Positions 46,771 to 56,944 of a stretch of DNA of 64,000 nt are shown piece by piece. Both the position numbers and the translations under genes were made by a program. This DNA is from Terriglobales bacterium. Lineage in GTDB: Bacteria > Acidobacteriota > Terriglobia > Terriglobales > Acidobacteriaceae. The DNA lies in assembly GCA_036378535.1 (NCBI GenBank), contig DASUWH010000046.1:164520-228519 (forward strand), given 5' to 3'. A model generated the notes under the pieces. It made no database searches, had not been told where the DNA came from, and saw only the letters and a program-made list of their open reading frames with translations. The first letter of the stretch is position 1; the number at the start of each line of letters is the position of its first letter.

Positions 46771-48015
46771 ATGCACAATCTGCCGGTTTTCGCCCCCGAC
46801 GTTCCCATCGTGGCGGCATACATTATTTTTCTGGCCAGCTATCTGGTCTTTGCCCTGGGCAAGTTTCCGGGATTAAAAATCGATCGGCCGGGAGCGGCGA
46901 TCATCGGTGCCGTTACCATGGTGGCCTTTCGGATCGTGCGCCCGGCTGAAGCTCTTCGAACCATCGATTTCTCGACCATCGTGCTTCTGTTCTCGATGAT
47001 GCTGATCGTCGCCAACCTGCACCTGGTCGGCTTCTTTGAGTGGAATGCCGCTCTGGTCTTGCGACGGCTTCCCCCTGCCTACCTGCTGCCAGCCGTGATC
47101 TTCACTTGCGGGTTTCTCTCGGCATTCTTCGTCAATGACATTGTTTGCCTGGTCATGGTGCCGTTCGTTCTCACGATCACACGGCAGATGAACTTGCCGC
47201 GCATGCCTTATTTGCTGGCGGTTGCCACTTCCTCCAACATCGGTGGCGTCGCGACCATTACCGGCAATCCACAGAACATGCTGATCGGATCATTTTCCGG
47301 GATCCACTATCGAGATTTTCTCATTCATCTCGGCCCGGTCGCGCTGGCGGGGCTCTTCTTGAATTGGGCGGTGTTGCACTGGGCGCATGGAAGAAACCAA
47401 CCCGCGTCGGCTGCCGAAGTGGGTCCAATACCATTGCCGGCCATGGACCTGTCTCACCTTGTCAAGCCGGTCATCGTAGCTACGGTGGTAGTAGTCGGTT
47501 TTTTTGCGGGTGCACCTCCGGCCATGATGGCCGCGCTCGGAGCCGCAGTTCTTCTCATCACCCGCAACCTCAATCCTCACAAGGTGTATGAGGAAGTCGA
47601 TTGGGGGCTGCTGGTTCTGTTTGTAGGATTGTTCATTATTGTCGGCGGGGCGGAGAATGCGGGAATTGTGGGGCGGCTGCTGGAGATCGCGCGCCATTGG
47701 AACTTGCAGAATATGGCTGTGTTCACCGTGCTGGTAGCTGTTCTGAGCAATATCGTGAGCAATGTACCGGCGGTGATGCTGCTGAAATCTCTGATTCCGA
47801 GCTTCGCGAATACCCATACAGCATGGCTGGTCCTGGCAATGGGTAGCACTTTGGCGGGAAACCTGACTATAACGGGATCGGTAGCCAACATCATTGTTGT
47901 GGAAACCGCGAAAAACGACGTCCATATCGGGTTTTGGGATTATTTCCGCGTCGGGCTGCCGATTACGGTGTTGACGCTCATCCTAGGCGCAGGTTGGTTG
48001 GCTTGGACCGGGTAA
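46771..48015 (+). CDS. ArsB/NhaD-superfamily anion permease (YbiR-like)
   Basis: About 414 aa and polytopic. FALGKFPGLKIDRPGAAIIGA, TSSNIGGVATITGNPQNMLI, VLSNIVSNVPAVMLL. Confidence 0.7.
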   Translation: MHNLPVFAPDVPIVAAYIIFLASYLVFALGKFPGLKIDRPGAAIIGAVTMVAFRIVRPAEALRTIDFSTIVLLFSMMLIVANLHLVGFFEWNAALVLRRLPPAYLLPAVIFTCGFLSAFFVNDIVCLVMVPFVLTITRQMNLPRMPYLLAVATSSNIGGVATITGNPQNMLIGSFSGIHYRDFLIHLGPVALAGLFLNWAVLHWAHGRNQPASAAEVGPIPLPAMDLSHLVKPVIVATVVVVGFFAGAPPAMMAALGAAVLLITRNLNPHKVYEEVDWGLLVLFVGLFIIVGGAENAGIVGRLLEIARHWNLQNMAVFTVLVAVLSNIVSNVPAVMLLKSLIPSFANTHTAWLVLAMGSTLAGNLTITGSVANIIVVETAKNDVHIGFWDYFRVGLPITVLTLILGAGWLAWTG

Positions 48016-48098
48016 CAGGTGCAGGCAAACGCACCGGGGCTGAAGCCCCACAAAAACAGCGCGCGCAGCCCACAGGCCCCTCTTTCACGGTCTCCCTA

Positions 48099-49424
48099 TT
48101 AGTGCGGATGGCGGATGAAGAACTTCCATTTGTCGACGTTCGCGGGCACGGCCACATCGAAAAACCCCACCATCATCTCGTTGTAGGTTTGCTCTCCCCA
48201 TCGCACGGGGCTGTCGGGATCAGGGTTGTGAGTGTTGTTGCGCGAATTGTCGTACCAGGCAACGGCCTGGAGCTTGGTGCCAGCTTTCAACAGGCGGGGT
48301 TGTGCGAGACGGTAACTCAGCTGCCAGTAGAAGTCGTAGTTCACGCGCAGCAGGGTTTCCACGTTGCCATCCCCGTGAACGATGTTGTATTCGAAGCGCT
48401 TGCCGCGCAGATGCATGTGAGGGAAAAAGCTGAGCAGGGTGGCATCGTTGGGCAAGGTTCCATGCACCTCGACCCGGTAGTTGTCCGCGTTTGGCGGAAT
48501 CGGAATGGCGTCATGGTCATTTGCGAGTTGCAAGGTGAAAATGCGCTTTGCGGGCATGCGCTTTGCGAAGACGATTCCGACGCTGGTCTGGTCAGTCGCG
48601 GCATGGCCATTGCTCGTGTAATGCATTTGGAAGACCAGGTCGGAATGCGCTGGAATGAACTTGGCCATTCCCTCCGGCCAGTGATCCGGGGAACTGCGCG
48701 GGGCATAAACGAGCAGCATGTCGCTGTCGGTCGAGTGCGCCTGATGCCGAAGCTTCTCATCGCCCAGGCTGGACGCCGTAAAGGGAACGCCAACGGGCGC
48801 GCCACTCAGCCAGTTAGAATCCGGCGGTCGAATGTAAATCACGGCGTGATGAACGTGATCGCGGCTCGAGGATCGAACTTCCGACATCTGCACCCATTTG
48901 TCTTCGGTGAACCCAGTCGGAACAATTTCGTAGGCGTACTCAATGTCACCTTGGGCAGGAATGCTCGCCGGCTTGGGCATGGAGATTACGGAGTCCGGGA
49001 GCGGGATGTTCCAGCCATCGGGCCAGCTCGACATAGGCGGACGATCGCGTGGATCACCTTCGGGAGCGTGTGCGTCGGCCCAAGCGGTGAGAGTGTCGAC
49101 CTCCTCCTGGCTAAGCGAGGGATCATTAGAGAACTGGCCGAAGCGCGGATCGGCAAACCAGGGCGGCATGTTCCGCGACCGGGTGCGTTGTGCGATAGAA
49201 CTTGCCCAGGGCTTCGTCTGCTCGTAGGTGACCAGCGGCATCGGTCCAATCTCTCCCGGGCGGTGGCAAGCTTGGCAATGCTGCTGGAGAATCGGGAGTA
49301 CATCCTTATAGAAACTCGGCGCAGCGTGAGCAGGCCGAGATGATGCCTCGCGCCCCAGGAAATGAGTTGAGATCGCCAACGCGGCCAGAACAGTCAAATT
49401 TCTAGAAATGGATGCTTGCAGCAC
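48099..49424 (-). CDS. secreted cytochrome c domain fused to a PHM/DBH-like type-II copper monooxygenase domain
   Basis: Signal peptide. Haem-c motif CQACH (C50-H54). Then HH (192-193), H268, HMH (336-338) and MM (417-418), with spacing resembling the CuH/CuM ligand sets. Confidence 0.6.
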   Translation of the reverse strand: MLQASISRNLTVLAALAISTHFLGREASSRPAHAAPSFYKDVLPILQQHCQACHRPGEIGPMPLVTYEQTKPWASSIAQRTRSRNMPPWFADPRFGQFSNDPSLSQEEVDTLTAWADAHAPEGDPRDRPPMSSWPDGWNIPLPDSVISMPKPASIPAQGDIEYAYEIVPTGFTEDKWVQMSEVRSSSRDHVHHAVIYIRPPDSNWLSGAPVGVPFTASSLGDEKLRHQAHSTDSDMLLVYAPRSSPDHWPEGMAKFIPAHSDLVFQMHYTSNGHAATDQTSVGIVFAKRMPAKRIFTLQLANDHDAIPIPPNADNYRVEVHGTLPNDATLLSFFPHMHLRGKRFEYNIVHGDGNVETLLRVNYDFYWQLSYRLAQPRLLKAGTKLQAVAWYDNSRNNTHNPDPDSPVRWGEQTYNEMMVGFFDVAVPANVDKWKFFIRHPH

Positions 49425-49486
49425 GGGCAGCCTCTCTCAATTGATACCGCAAGAGTGGCCAAAAGGTCGAACGGGAGGCGTCCCGT

Positions 49487-50308
49487 TTAGTCGAGGTATC
49501 CCCAGCGGCCGGTCTCGATGTGGTAAAAACGCCGGCCGAAAGGTGGTATTTCGATGTAGTAGATCTCCGGTTCACCACTTCCGCTGAAGCAGTAGGAAAA
49601 ATCGCGACTGATGAATGTCTGCTTGGCGGCAGGGATTTCCGCAACGAACTCCGGTACAAGTTCCTCGAGCCGCTTTGGGTAACGGTTGTACTTGGCGTGA
49701 TAGGCGAGGCAGGCATTGCCCAAATCGATAGCTTTTTGATCGGCAGAGTGATTCTGGTACCAGTTGCTTGCAAAAACTGTGAGGCATCCGGCCAGGACAA
49801 TACCGATTTGCGCCATTCGCATTCGAAAAAGCCGTTTATTCCCGCGCGCGCCGGCCCACGCCGCCCAGGGTAAGCAAGCGATTGCTATCACCGCGACCAA
49901 CGCCGAAAAAATGCCCTGATTCAGAAAGAATGCATCCACCAGTACCAGAATGCTTGCGAACTTAACAGCTTTGCGCACAGGACTGGAGGTGCTGCTTGCG
50001 GGTTGAGCTGCCGCCGCAATGGCCGCCTCAGGTGTATTCTGCACCAGACTCTCATCGTCTGCTTGCTTCGCCAGGGTATGATTGCGAGCCTCGCAGATCT
50101 TAAAGGCGCCTATTCCCAATCCGACTTGTACCAGGAACGTGGGCCAGAAGCCCGCTGCATCCACAGAGGTTAAGGCAATTCCCCAGATGATGCTACCGAT
50201 CATCCCATAGCGCCAGTCCGTATAAAAGCAACCGAGGCCACCAAAGAAGATGGCCGAAGTCGCCCCAATCCACGGTTTCTTCTGCCGAATTTGCAGTTTT
50301 CGAGACAT
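49487..50308 (-). CDS. membrane protein with TM2-like N-terminal region and pseudopilin-G-like C-terminal domain
   Basis: FFGGLGCFYTDWRYG TM2-like segment and about 5 TM helices. The C-terminal LAYHAKYNRYPKRLEELVPEFVAEIP resembles the GspG/T2SS-G core motif. Confidence 0.45.
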   Translation of the reverse strand: MSRKLQIRQKKPWIGATSAIFFGGLGCFYTDWRYGMIGSIIWGIALTSVDAAGFWPTFLVQVGLGIGAFKICEARNHTLAKQADDESLVQNTPEAAIAAAAQPASSTSSPVRKAVKFASILVLVDAFFLNQGIFSALVAVIAIACLPWAAWAGARGNKRLFRMRMAQIGIVLAGCLTVFASNWYQNHSADQKAIDLGNACLAYHAKYNRYPKRLEELVPEFVAEIPAAKQTFISRDFSYCFSGSGEPEIYYIEIPPFGRRFYHIETGRWGYLD

Positions 50309-50448
50309 CTGTCACGCGCGCAAATAACGAACTCCGCCAATTGTGGGCCTGTTCAGGCCATGGACAAGGTCACCGAGGTAACGGACCGGGAGGGGCCACG
50401 GGCGGGGTGCGAGCGTGATAGCATTTTTGCCGAGGCAGATTTCCGGCC

Positions 50449-52443
50449 ATGTCACCCGTCCCTTTCTTGCGACGATCACTATTCTTCCTGATTCTCTTTC
50501 CGGCAGCTCTGGTCGCCTCCGACAAGAAGCCCATCGCCAAGGAGGGCTGGCTCGAGATCCACTCGCCACATTTCGACATCATCACCGATGGAGGAGAGAA
50601 GAAGGGGCGTGAGGTCGCGGTCCGCCTGGAGCAGATGCGGAAAGTATTCGGCGGCTTCATTATGCGGGACAAACTCAAGATGCCGGTGCCGATTGAGGTG
50701 CTGGCGATAAAGAGCGACGCGGACTATGAAAAAGTTTCTCCCCTGCGCAAACGAACCGCTATTAGTGATCCCGGCTTTTTCATTGGCGGTGAGGACAAGC
50801 ACGTAATTGTGCTCGACCTGTTCGCCGACGAGCCCTGGCGAGCCGTAGCACACAACTTCGCGCATATGCTGCTGGACGGGAATTATCCGCCGACGCAGAG
50901 CTGGTTTGATGAAGGGCTTGCGGAATACTTCAGCAGCATCCGTTTAGACAACAAGAACGTGGATATTGGCAGTGACCCGGAGTTGGGGAATAAGTACGCG
51001 GAGGATTTGCTGGGAAATATCACCGACGTGCGGCATCCCCCCAAATCCTTCACCGAACTCCTCTCCGGCCCTCTCTGGCTCAATATGACGGACTTCCTCT
51101 CCATGCGCCTGAACGCGCCCGAATTCCACGAGGGGACACATCACACCCTCTTCTACGCCCAGGCTTGGATCATGGTGCACTACCTGCTCGCCAAGGAAAT
51201 GATGCCGCAGGTGGGGACCTATTTCGGTCTCGTCCAAATTAAGAAACTACCGCTGGAGCAGGCGGTTCAGCAGGCCTTCGGAATGAACACGGGCCAGCTC
51301 GAAAAAGCGCTGAAAGACTATTTCCAATCGCTCACGCCGCTCTTCGAAGCCCAGGATAGAGCCGATGCGGCGGTTCAAAGCAGCGAGGATATTGCCGCAG
51401 CACGGAATGCTGGTCCGCAGTTGAGTCACCTCGCGGCTCCCATCGGTCCCGACGACGTGAGTGTCGTAGTGAAGAAGCTTATCGATGACGACGCACATGC
51501 CTATGTCGCGGATGCCATGGCACGGCTTCCGGAGCATCGTGCCGAAGGTATCAAGAAACTTCAGGATTTGGCGCAGGATCCGGCCGACAATGCAATCGCT
51601 CATCGCTGCTTGGCATATGCCTACCTTCAGGGGCGAGATTTCAAACAGAGCAGCCAACAGCTGCAGCTAGCGGATGGAACGGATCCCTGGATTCATTACT
51701 ATGAGGCGGTGCTCAAGTTCCGCGCGGCCCAGGCAAGCGGGCAGCAACTTCAAGGCGGATTGGCGAACGTACAGCAGGATCTGCGGGCGGTGGTCGATTG
51801 GAATCCGGAATTTGCGGAAGCCTATCACCTTCTGGCCATGTCGGAATTGGAAGGCGGGGGCAGCCATGCAGCTGTTGACAGTATCCGCATGGCGATTCAG
51901 TTAGCCCCGCGCAGGCAGTCGTATCTCATGGATCTGGCCAGCATTTATATTGCGGAGAAGAAATGGGACGATGCGCAGAGCACGTTGGAGCAACTGAAGT
52001 CGGGCGGCAATGGGCAACTCGCCGCGTCTGCGCGCAAGAAACTGGATGATCTTCCTTTTATAAAGAAGTATGGAATCGATCCTGACCGTTCTCCCGGTGC
52101 GCAAGAGACGCGCGTGATCGAAGCCAATTCCGGTATCAGCAATCCCTTGCCGGAGGACCTGGAGGAGAAGAAGCCTGAATTGAAGGAACGCGGTCCCGAC
52201 AAGCGCCCCGTTAAATATGTAAAAGGAAAAATTGTCCGTGTCGACTGTGACAAGGCTCCGGAAGCAATTATGACCGTGTTGGCTGGCGGACACACGTTGA
52301 AGCTGCACACATTCGATTACAAGTCCGTGGCCTTAGTGGGCACGGATCAATTTTCGTGTGACTGGCGCAACCAGCGGGCCTCGATCAATTACAAGGCAAG
52401 CGGTGCGTCGGAGGGAGACGTAGTGTCAGTGGAGATTGACTAG
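50449..52443 (+). CDS. secreted TPR-repeat protein with N-terminal peptidase-MA/DUF1570-like domain lacking the catalytic Glu
   Basis: Signal peptide MSPVPFLRRSLFFLILFPAALVAS. HNFAH..WFDEGLAEYF stands in place of HExxH..EGLAEYF. Multiple TPR-like helices in the C-terminal half. Confidence 0.6.
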   Translation: MSPVPFLRRSLFFLILFPAALVASDKKPIAKEGWLEIHSPHFDIITDGGEKKGREVAVRLEQMRKVFGGFIMRDKLKMPVPIEVLAIKSDADYEKVSPLRKRTAISDPGFFIGGEDKHVIVLDLFADEPWRAVAHNFAHMLLDGNYPPTQSWFDEGLAEYFSSIRLDNKNVDIGSDPELGNKYAEDLLGNITDVRHPPKSFTELLSGPLWLNMTDFLSMRLNAPEFHEGTHHTLFYAQAWIMVHYLLAKEMMPQVGTYFGLVQIKKLPLEQAVQQAFGMNTGQLEKALKDYFQSLTPLFEAQDRADAAVQSSEDIAAARNAGPQLSHLAAPIGPDDVSVVVKKLIDDDAHAYVADAMARLPEHRAEGIKKLQDLAQDPADNAIAHRCLAYAYLQGRDFKQSSQQLQLADGTDPWIHYYEAVLKFRAAQASGQQLQGGLANVQQDLRAVVDWNPEFAEAYHLLAMSELEGGGSHAAVDSIRMAIQLAPRRQSYLMDLASIYIAEKKWDDAQSTLEQLKSGGNGQLAASARKKLDDLPFIKKYGIDPDRSPGAQETRVIEANSGISNPLPEDLEEKKPELKERGPDKRPVKYVKGKIVRVDCDKAPEAIMTVLAGGHTLKLHTFDYKSVALVGTDQFSCDWRNQRASINYKASGASEGDVVSVEID

Positions 52444-52453
52444 ACAGTTGTGG

Positions 52454-52478
52454 CGCGGGCGCCCGCGGCCCGCGATTT
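52454..52478 (+). terminator. GC-rich hairpin (family-3 element) after the TPR gene
   Basis: CGCGGGC-GCCCGCG-GCCCGCG followed by ATTT. Preceded by GTTGTGGCGCGG, which is shared with the element at 63501. Confidence 0.4.
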
Positions 52479-52489
52479 GGGCGGTGGAA

Positions 52490-52990
52490 TTATGCTGCCC
52501 GAGCAATCTGTGTATACTCCTGAGCCGAATCCGAGGGTAGAAGCACCCAAAGTGTGTAAATGCCAAGGGCAGTGGCAAACGGCGGATGAAACAGAGCAAG
52601 GAATCCGAGAACAATAGCCAAGGTTCTCGCCCACGGCCGTCGCTGCATTAACCCCCAGCCAGCCATAAAAGCCGCAGCCGCTACGAAGAGAAATCCGAAG
52701 CCTGCCACGTGCAACAGTGCTGGTCCCAGGGCTCGTCCAATTCCCCCACCGAATGGAATGAAGACATGGGCGACGGTTCCCAGCGCCATCATGGCGATTG
52801 CGGGGATAAGCCAAAACGCACCCACAATGATCCACAATATTCCGAGCGTCTGGATGTGTCGGGAAACCCGGCCTCGGGCAGGCGGTACGTAGGTGGGCGG
52901 CGCAGAAATGGCACCCTGGATCGGATTCCCGCACCTGGGGCAAACTCGATAGTCTGCCTCCAGCGGACTCCCGCATTTGTTGCAGAACAT
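52490..52990 (-). CDS. zinc-ribbon plus 4-TM membrane protein (DUF4870-like)
   Basis: MFCNKCGSPLEADYRVCPRCGNPI zinc ribbon, then four hydrophobic helices. Start set at ATG 52990. Confidence 0.6.
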   Translation of the reverse strand: MFCNKCGSPLEADYRVCPRCGNPIQGAISAPPTYVPPARGRVSRHIQTLGILWIIVGAFWLIPAIAMMALGTVAHVFIPFGGGIGRALGPALLHVAGFGFLFVAAAAFMAGWGLMQRRPWARTLAIVLGFLALFHPPFATALGIYTLWVLLPSDSAQEYTQIARAA

Positions 52991-53216
52991 GAAGGCCTCC
53001 CCGTCTACGCGTTCCGATCGCCCGGTAGAAGAAGTCTGCAAGATTTTACTGCAAGCGCGAGGCGGCGCGGCCGTGACCGTCGTAAATGTGACCATACTGG
53101 GCAAAGGCTTGGCATTGCTCCCTAAAGTACATGACCTTCTTGCTGTTGAGGGAACACCGTAACCGTAGGAGAATCAGGTCCGGAGTTGTGTTGCGCTCCC
53201 GGGGGGGAGAGAACTG

Positions 53217-53573
53217 ATGAGCGGCGCCGCGCCCGGTAAGAAATCATCGCGCAGTATGCGGCAGTTCCCCCGGTTCCAATTGGACGTGCGCATGCATGTC
53301 CATCTTTTTCGGAATGGTAGCAGTACTACAGTCTGGGGCCGGTCCACCTCCATGGGCCAGGAGGGCATCGGCGCAACTCTCACAGGCGAAATGGAAATTG
53401 GGGAGGTCGTGGGATTGGAATTTAACGTCCCGCTGTCCCCCCACCCACTGAAACTACGGGCGATTGTGCGCTACAAAAACGGTTTTCAATATGGCTTCGA
53501 ATTCCTGGCCGTGGATGGTACCCAGCGCCAAGCCATCCAGAGAGCCCTCGATATCCTTCCAGCGGTACTGTAG
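53217..53573 (+). CDS. PilZ-domain protein
   Basis: RQFPRF (RxxxR) followed by ..STSMGQEGIG.. (degenerate D/NxSxxG). Size and beta-barrel pattern typical of single-domain PilZ. Confidence 0.6.
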   Translation: MSGAAPGKKSSRSMRQFPRFQLDVRMHVHLFRNGSSTTVWGRSTSMGQEGIGATLTGEMEIGEVVGLEFNVPLSPHPLKLRAIVRYKNGFQYGFEFLAVDGTQRQAIQRALDILPAVL

Positions 53574-53689
53574 ATCCAAGTATTCGCGTCCACCGCTCCG
53601 GCGCATCCCATGATGCCGCAATTACCTCGGTAACTTTCAGCTAAGTCTCAGCCCATCTAACATCTGCGGGTAGGACGGAGGGGGTCCAG

Positions 53690-56230
53690 ATGGCAGACTG
53701 GCTGTCTCAGCCCACACGGGCTGCGGAGTTACTACGCGCCAAGTTCTTGAAGGCCGTACTCGACAGCGGCGCCAGTCCGTCATTGATACGTAACCAAGCT
53801 CCTCCAGTCATTAATGATGACCGTAACGGGAAATCGTGGACCGAAGATCCCGAAATCCAAAAAGCTTACCTGCACGAGCTGTTCGAAAACGCTCCTGAAG
53901 CCATAACTGTTCTGGATACTGACTACCGCATTCTGCGGGTGAATAGCGAATTCACTCGATTGTTTGGCTACACCCCGGAAGAGGCGGAGGGGCGGGAGAT
54001 CGAGTCCGTCCTCGTTCCAACCCATCTGAAGAGCGAGTCAGACGCAATGGCGGACATGCTGAACCGTGGCCAGAAGGTGAGCATCGAAACTCAGCGCCGG
54101 CGTAAGGATGGCACTTTGGTGGACGTTTCAATACTGGGAACGCCAGTGAGCGTGGCCGGTGGACACGTTGCGCTGTACGCGATCTATCGGGATATCACCC
54201 AGCAGAAACGCGCTGACACCCTGCGTTCAGCGCTCTATCGCATTGCCGACGAGACCAGTTCAGCGGAGGATCTATCGCAGTTCTATCGAGCGATTCACAA
54301 CATCGTCGGCGAGTTGATGTACGCGCGGAACTTTTACATTGCTATTTATGACGCGGCCACGCAGTTCCTAAGCTTTCCGTACTGGATCGATGAGGTAGAT
54401 CCTGCACCAGCCCCCAGAAAATTAGGCCGCGGATTAACCGAATATGTGGTGCGAACGGGCGAGCCGCTGCTGGCCTCGCCGGAGATTTTCGCTGAACTGG
54501 TTCGTCGCGGTGAGGCAGACGAAATCGGGGCGCCGTCGGTTGACTGGCTCGGCGTGCCCTTGAAAGTGGGTAATACCTCGATCGGCGCGGTTGTGGTGCA
54601 GAGCTATAACGAGAACATTCGATTCAGCGAGAAGGCTAAAGAGATTCTGACCTTCGTCTCGCAGCAACTGGCCAGCGCGATCGAGCACAAGCGGCATGAA
54701 GAAGCATTGCGCCGATCGGAAGCCCGCTATCGCTCGTTGGTGCAGAGTGCCGCGTATGGCATTTACCGTGCCAGCCGTGAAGGGAAGTTTCTGGACGTTA
54801 ATCCGGCGCTGGTCAGCATGTTGGGATATGAGTCAGCCGATGAGGTGGTAGCGCTCGATCCGCAGAAGGATGTGTTCCGCAATCCGGAAGAACAAAATCG
54901 TTTGATGGAAGAATGCAAGCGTAAAGGGCGCCTCGACAACTTCGAGATTAAATGGAAACGGAAGGACGAAGATGTCATCACGGTCCGGCTCAGCGGGCGC
55001 GTAGTCAGCAACGAGAAAGAGTCTGAGGAGTTCCTGGAAGTAATTGCCGAGGATATTACTGAGAAGCGCGTTTTGGAAGACCAGTTCCGGCAAGCCCAGA
55101 AGATGGAAGCCGTAGGGCGGCTAGCAGGAGGCGTCGCCCATGACTTCAATAATCTACTGATGGTCATCAGCGGCTACACAGAAGTCCTGTTGGAGAAGCT
55201 CGAGCGCGACCTCACCCTGCACGCCAAAGCAGAAGCGATTCAGCAGGCGGCTGAGCGCGCCACAACTCTTACCCGCCAGTTGCTGGCTTTCAGCCGGCGC
55301 CAGTTGCTGGAATTGAAGGTCGTCGATCTGAACACCATCATCAGCGACATGGAACGTCTGCTAACCCCTTTAATAGGGGAAACTATCCAGCTCACGGCGG
55401 AACTCGATCCCGCCCTGGGGCGGACGCGCGCCGATGCCGGACAGCTTGAACAAGTGTTGATGAACCTGGTGGTCAACGCCAAAGATGCGATGCCCGGCGG
55501 GGGAAAAATCACGATTCGAACTTCGAATGTCGAATTGGATGCTTCTTACCGGCGGGAACACACCTATATTCAGCCCGGCCCCTACATCATGCTTTCCGTC
55601 ACGGATACCGGTTGCGGTATGGACAAGGAGACGCAATCGCGAATCTTCGAGCCTTTCTTCACGACCAAGGAAAAAGGAAAGGGTACCGGACTCGGATTAT
55701 CGACGGTGTACGGCATCATCAAGCAGAGTGGCGGGTACATCTTTGCGCATAGCGAGATTGGGCACGGGACCACGTTCCGCATCTTCCTGCCGCGCGTGGA
55801 GCAACCCGCAGAATGCATAGGTGTAGTGAAACACCCACAAGCCGACACCCGCGGTTCGGAAACTGTGCTCTTGGTGGAAGACGAGGAGTCGGTCCGGCAG
55901 CTGGTTCGAGAAACCCTGGAGTCACGCGGTTACAAAGTTATTGAAGCGCCAAACGGCGAACGGGCGCTCGCCATTGCCTCCACTCAGGAAACGATTGACT
56001 TGATGATCACAGACGTGGTCATGCCCGGTATGAATGGGCAAGACCTGGCGCGAGAACTCGTGAAAACTCATCCCGCGACCAAGGTATTGTTTCTTTCTGG
56101 CTACGCCGAGGATACCATTCGTCAGCAGGCCCTGCCGCCCGGGACGGCCTTTCTGCAGAAGCCATTCACATTGCAAACTCTGCTCCGCAAGACTCGAGAA
56201 GTACTGCGCAACTCTCCCGGCGCCGACTGA
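53690..56230 (+). CDS. hybrid sensor histidine kinase (PAS-GAF-PAS-HisKA-HATPase-REC)
   Basis: PAS blocks ([44 protein letters not shown]). H-box [11 protein letters not shown]. HATPase ([26 protein letters not shown]). Receiver ([24 protein letters not shown]). Confidence 0.85.
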   Translation: MADWLSQPTRAAELLRAKFLKAVLDSGASPSLIRNQAPPVINDDRNGKSWTEDPEIQKAYLHELFENAPEAITVLDTDYRILRVNSEFTRLFGYTPEEAEGREIESVLVPTHLKSESDAMADMLNRGQKVSIETQRRRKDGTLVDVSILGTPVSVAGGHVALYAIYRDITQQKRADTLRSALYRIADETSSAEDLSQFYRAIHNIVGELMYARNFYIAIYDAATQFLSFPYWIDEVDPAPAPRKLGRGLTEYVVRTGEPLLASPEIFAELVRRGEADEIGAPSVDWLGVPLKVGNTSIGAVVVQSYNENIRFSEKAKEILTFVSQQLASAIEHKRHEEALRRSEARYRSLVQSAAYGIYRASREGKFLDVNPALVSMLGYESADEVVALDPQKDVFRNPEEQNRLMEECKRKGRLDNFEIKWKRKDEDVITVRLSGRVVSNEKESEEFLEVIAEDITEKRVLEDQFRQAQKMEAVGRLAGGVAHDFNNLLMVISGYTEVLLEKLERDLTLHAKAEAIQQAAERATTLTRQLLAFSRRQLLELKVVDLNTIISDMERLLTPLIGETIQLTAELDPALGRTRADAGQLEQVLMNLVVNAKDAMPGGGKITIRTSNVELDASYRREHTYIQPGPYIMLSVTDTGCGMDKETQSRIFEPFFTTKEKGKGTGLGLSTVYGIIKQSGGYIFAHSEIGHGTTFRIFLPRVEQPAECIGVVKHPQADTRGSETVLLVEDEESVRQLVRETLESRGYKVIEAPNGERALAIASTQETIDLMITDVVMPGMNGQDLARELVKTHPATKVLFLSGYAEDTIRQQALPPGTAFLQKPFTLQTLLRKTREVLRNSPGAD

Positions 56231-56372
56231 TTTCAGCGCGCACCTCTCAGATTCACGAGTGCCCTTCATTTCCGCAATTGCGACTACCAGTCACAAACGA
56301 CTGTGAGGCTTTCCCTCGACGCGTGCGCGAGCTCCAAGGTAAGCTAAATAGTTTGCTTGGGAGGGCCGGAGC

Positions 56373-56930
56373 ATGCGGGAGTCGGTCGAACGGCTTTGGC
56401 CGGAGATTGGCTGGATTCAAAGCGCGGATTTGCGTGAGCAGGTCACGCAGACCTGGATCCGGGCGCTGGAACGAAGCCCGCTCCGGCCGGATGATCTGAA
56501 CCACATTCCATTCACTCTGCTCGTCCCGAATTGCCCTATCACCTTCATGGAGCACAAGCGCTGTGTGGTGCACATTGCGCGTGATAGCGCCAAAGCCATG
56601 CAGGATTTTATGGGGCGCGCTCTGCCCGTTGACATGGATACAGTGATTGCCGGGGCGATCCTCGCGGACGTAGGCAAGTTGCTGGAATACGAGATCGGGC
56701 CGGATGGCAAGAGCCGGCAGAGTGAGCGCGGCGAAGCTTTACGGCACCCCTTCACGGGAGTGGCGTTGGCACTGGAGTGCGGCGTGCCGGATGCAGTCTG
56801 TCACATTATCGCCGCGCATGCCGCCGAAGGCGATCTGGTCAAGAGAACGACCGAGGCATTCATTGTCCATCACGCCGATTTCATGGCTTTTTTGCCGTTT
56901 AAGAACCCGAAGAATGTAAGGATGAAATAA
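56373..56930 (+). CDS. HD-superfamily domain protein with atypical AD in place of the HD doublet
   Basis: FMEHKRCVVHIA, GAILADVGKLL (family normally LLHDIGK), IIAAHAAEGD, IVHHADFMA. Confidence 0.55.
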   Translation: MRESVERLWPEIGWIQSADLREQVTQTWIRALERSPLRPDDLNHIPFTLLVPNCPITFMEHKRCVVHIARDSAKAMQDFMGRALPVDMDTVIAGAILADVGKLLEYEIGPDGKSRQSERGEALRHPFTGVALALECGVPDAVCHIIAAHAAEGDLVKRTTEAFIVHHADFMAFLPFKNPKNVRMK

Positions 56931-56944
56931 AAGAAGAGGCGGAC

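Noticed and set aside
47934-49343. Long antisense ORFs, for example 469 aa at 47934-49343 (+). Others are 16417-17127 (-), 42949-43572 (-), 58372-59007 (-), 45847-46584 (+) and 34830-35402 (-).
   Set aside because: They are shadow frames opposite strongly supported genes in GC-rich DNA. Their compositions are Arg/Gly/His-rich and low-complexity, with no motifs and no RBS.
52440-52976. A 178-aa ORF overlapping the zinc-ribbon membrane protein gene in another frame of the same strand.
   Set aside because: The 52490-52990 frame has a clear zinc ribbon and four TM helices. The alternative frame is Arg/Gly/Cys-rich with no features.
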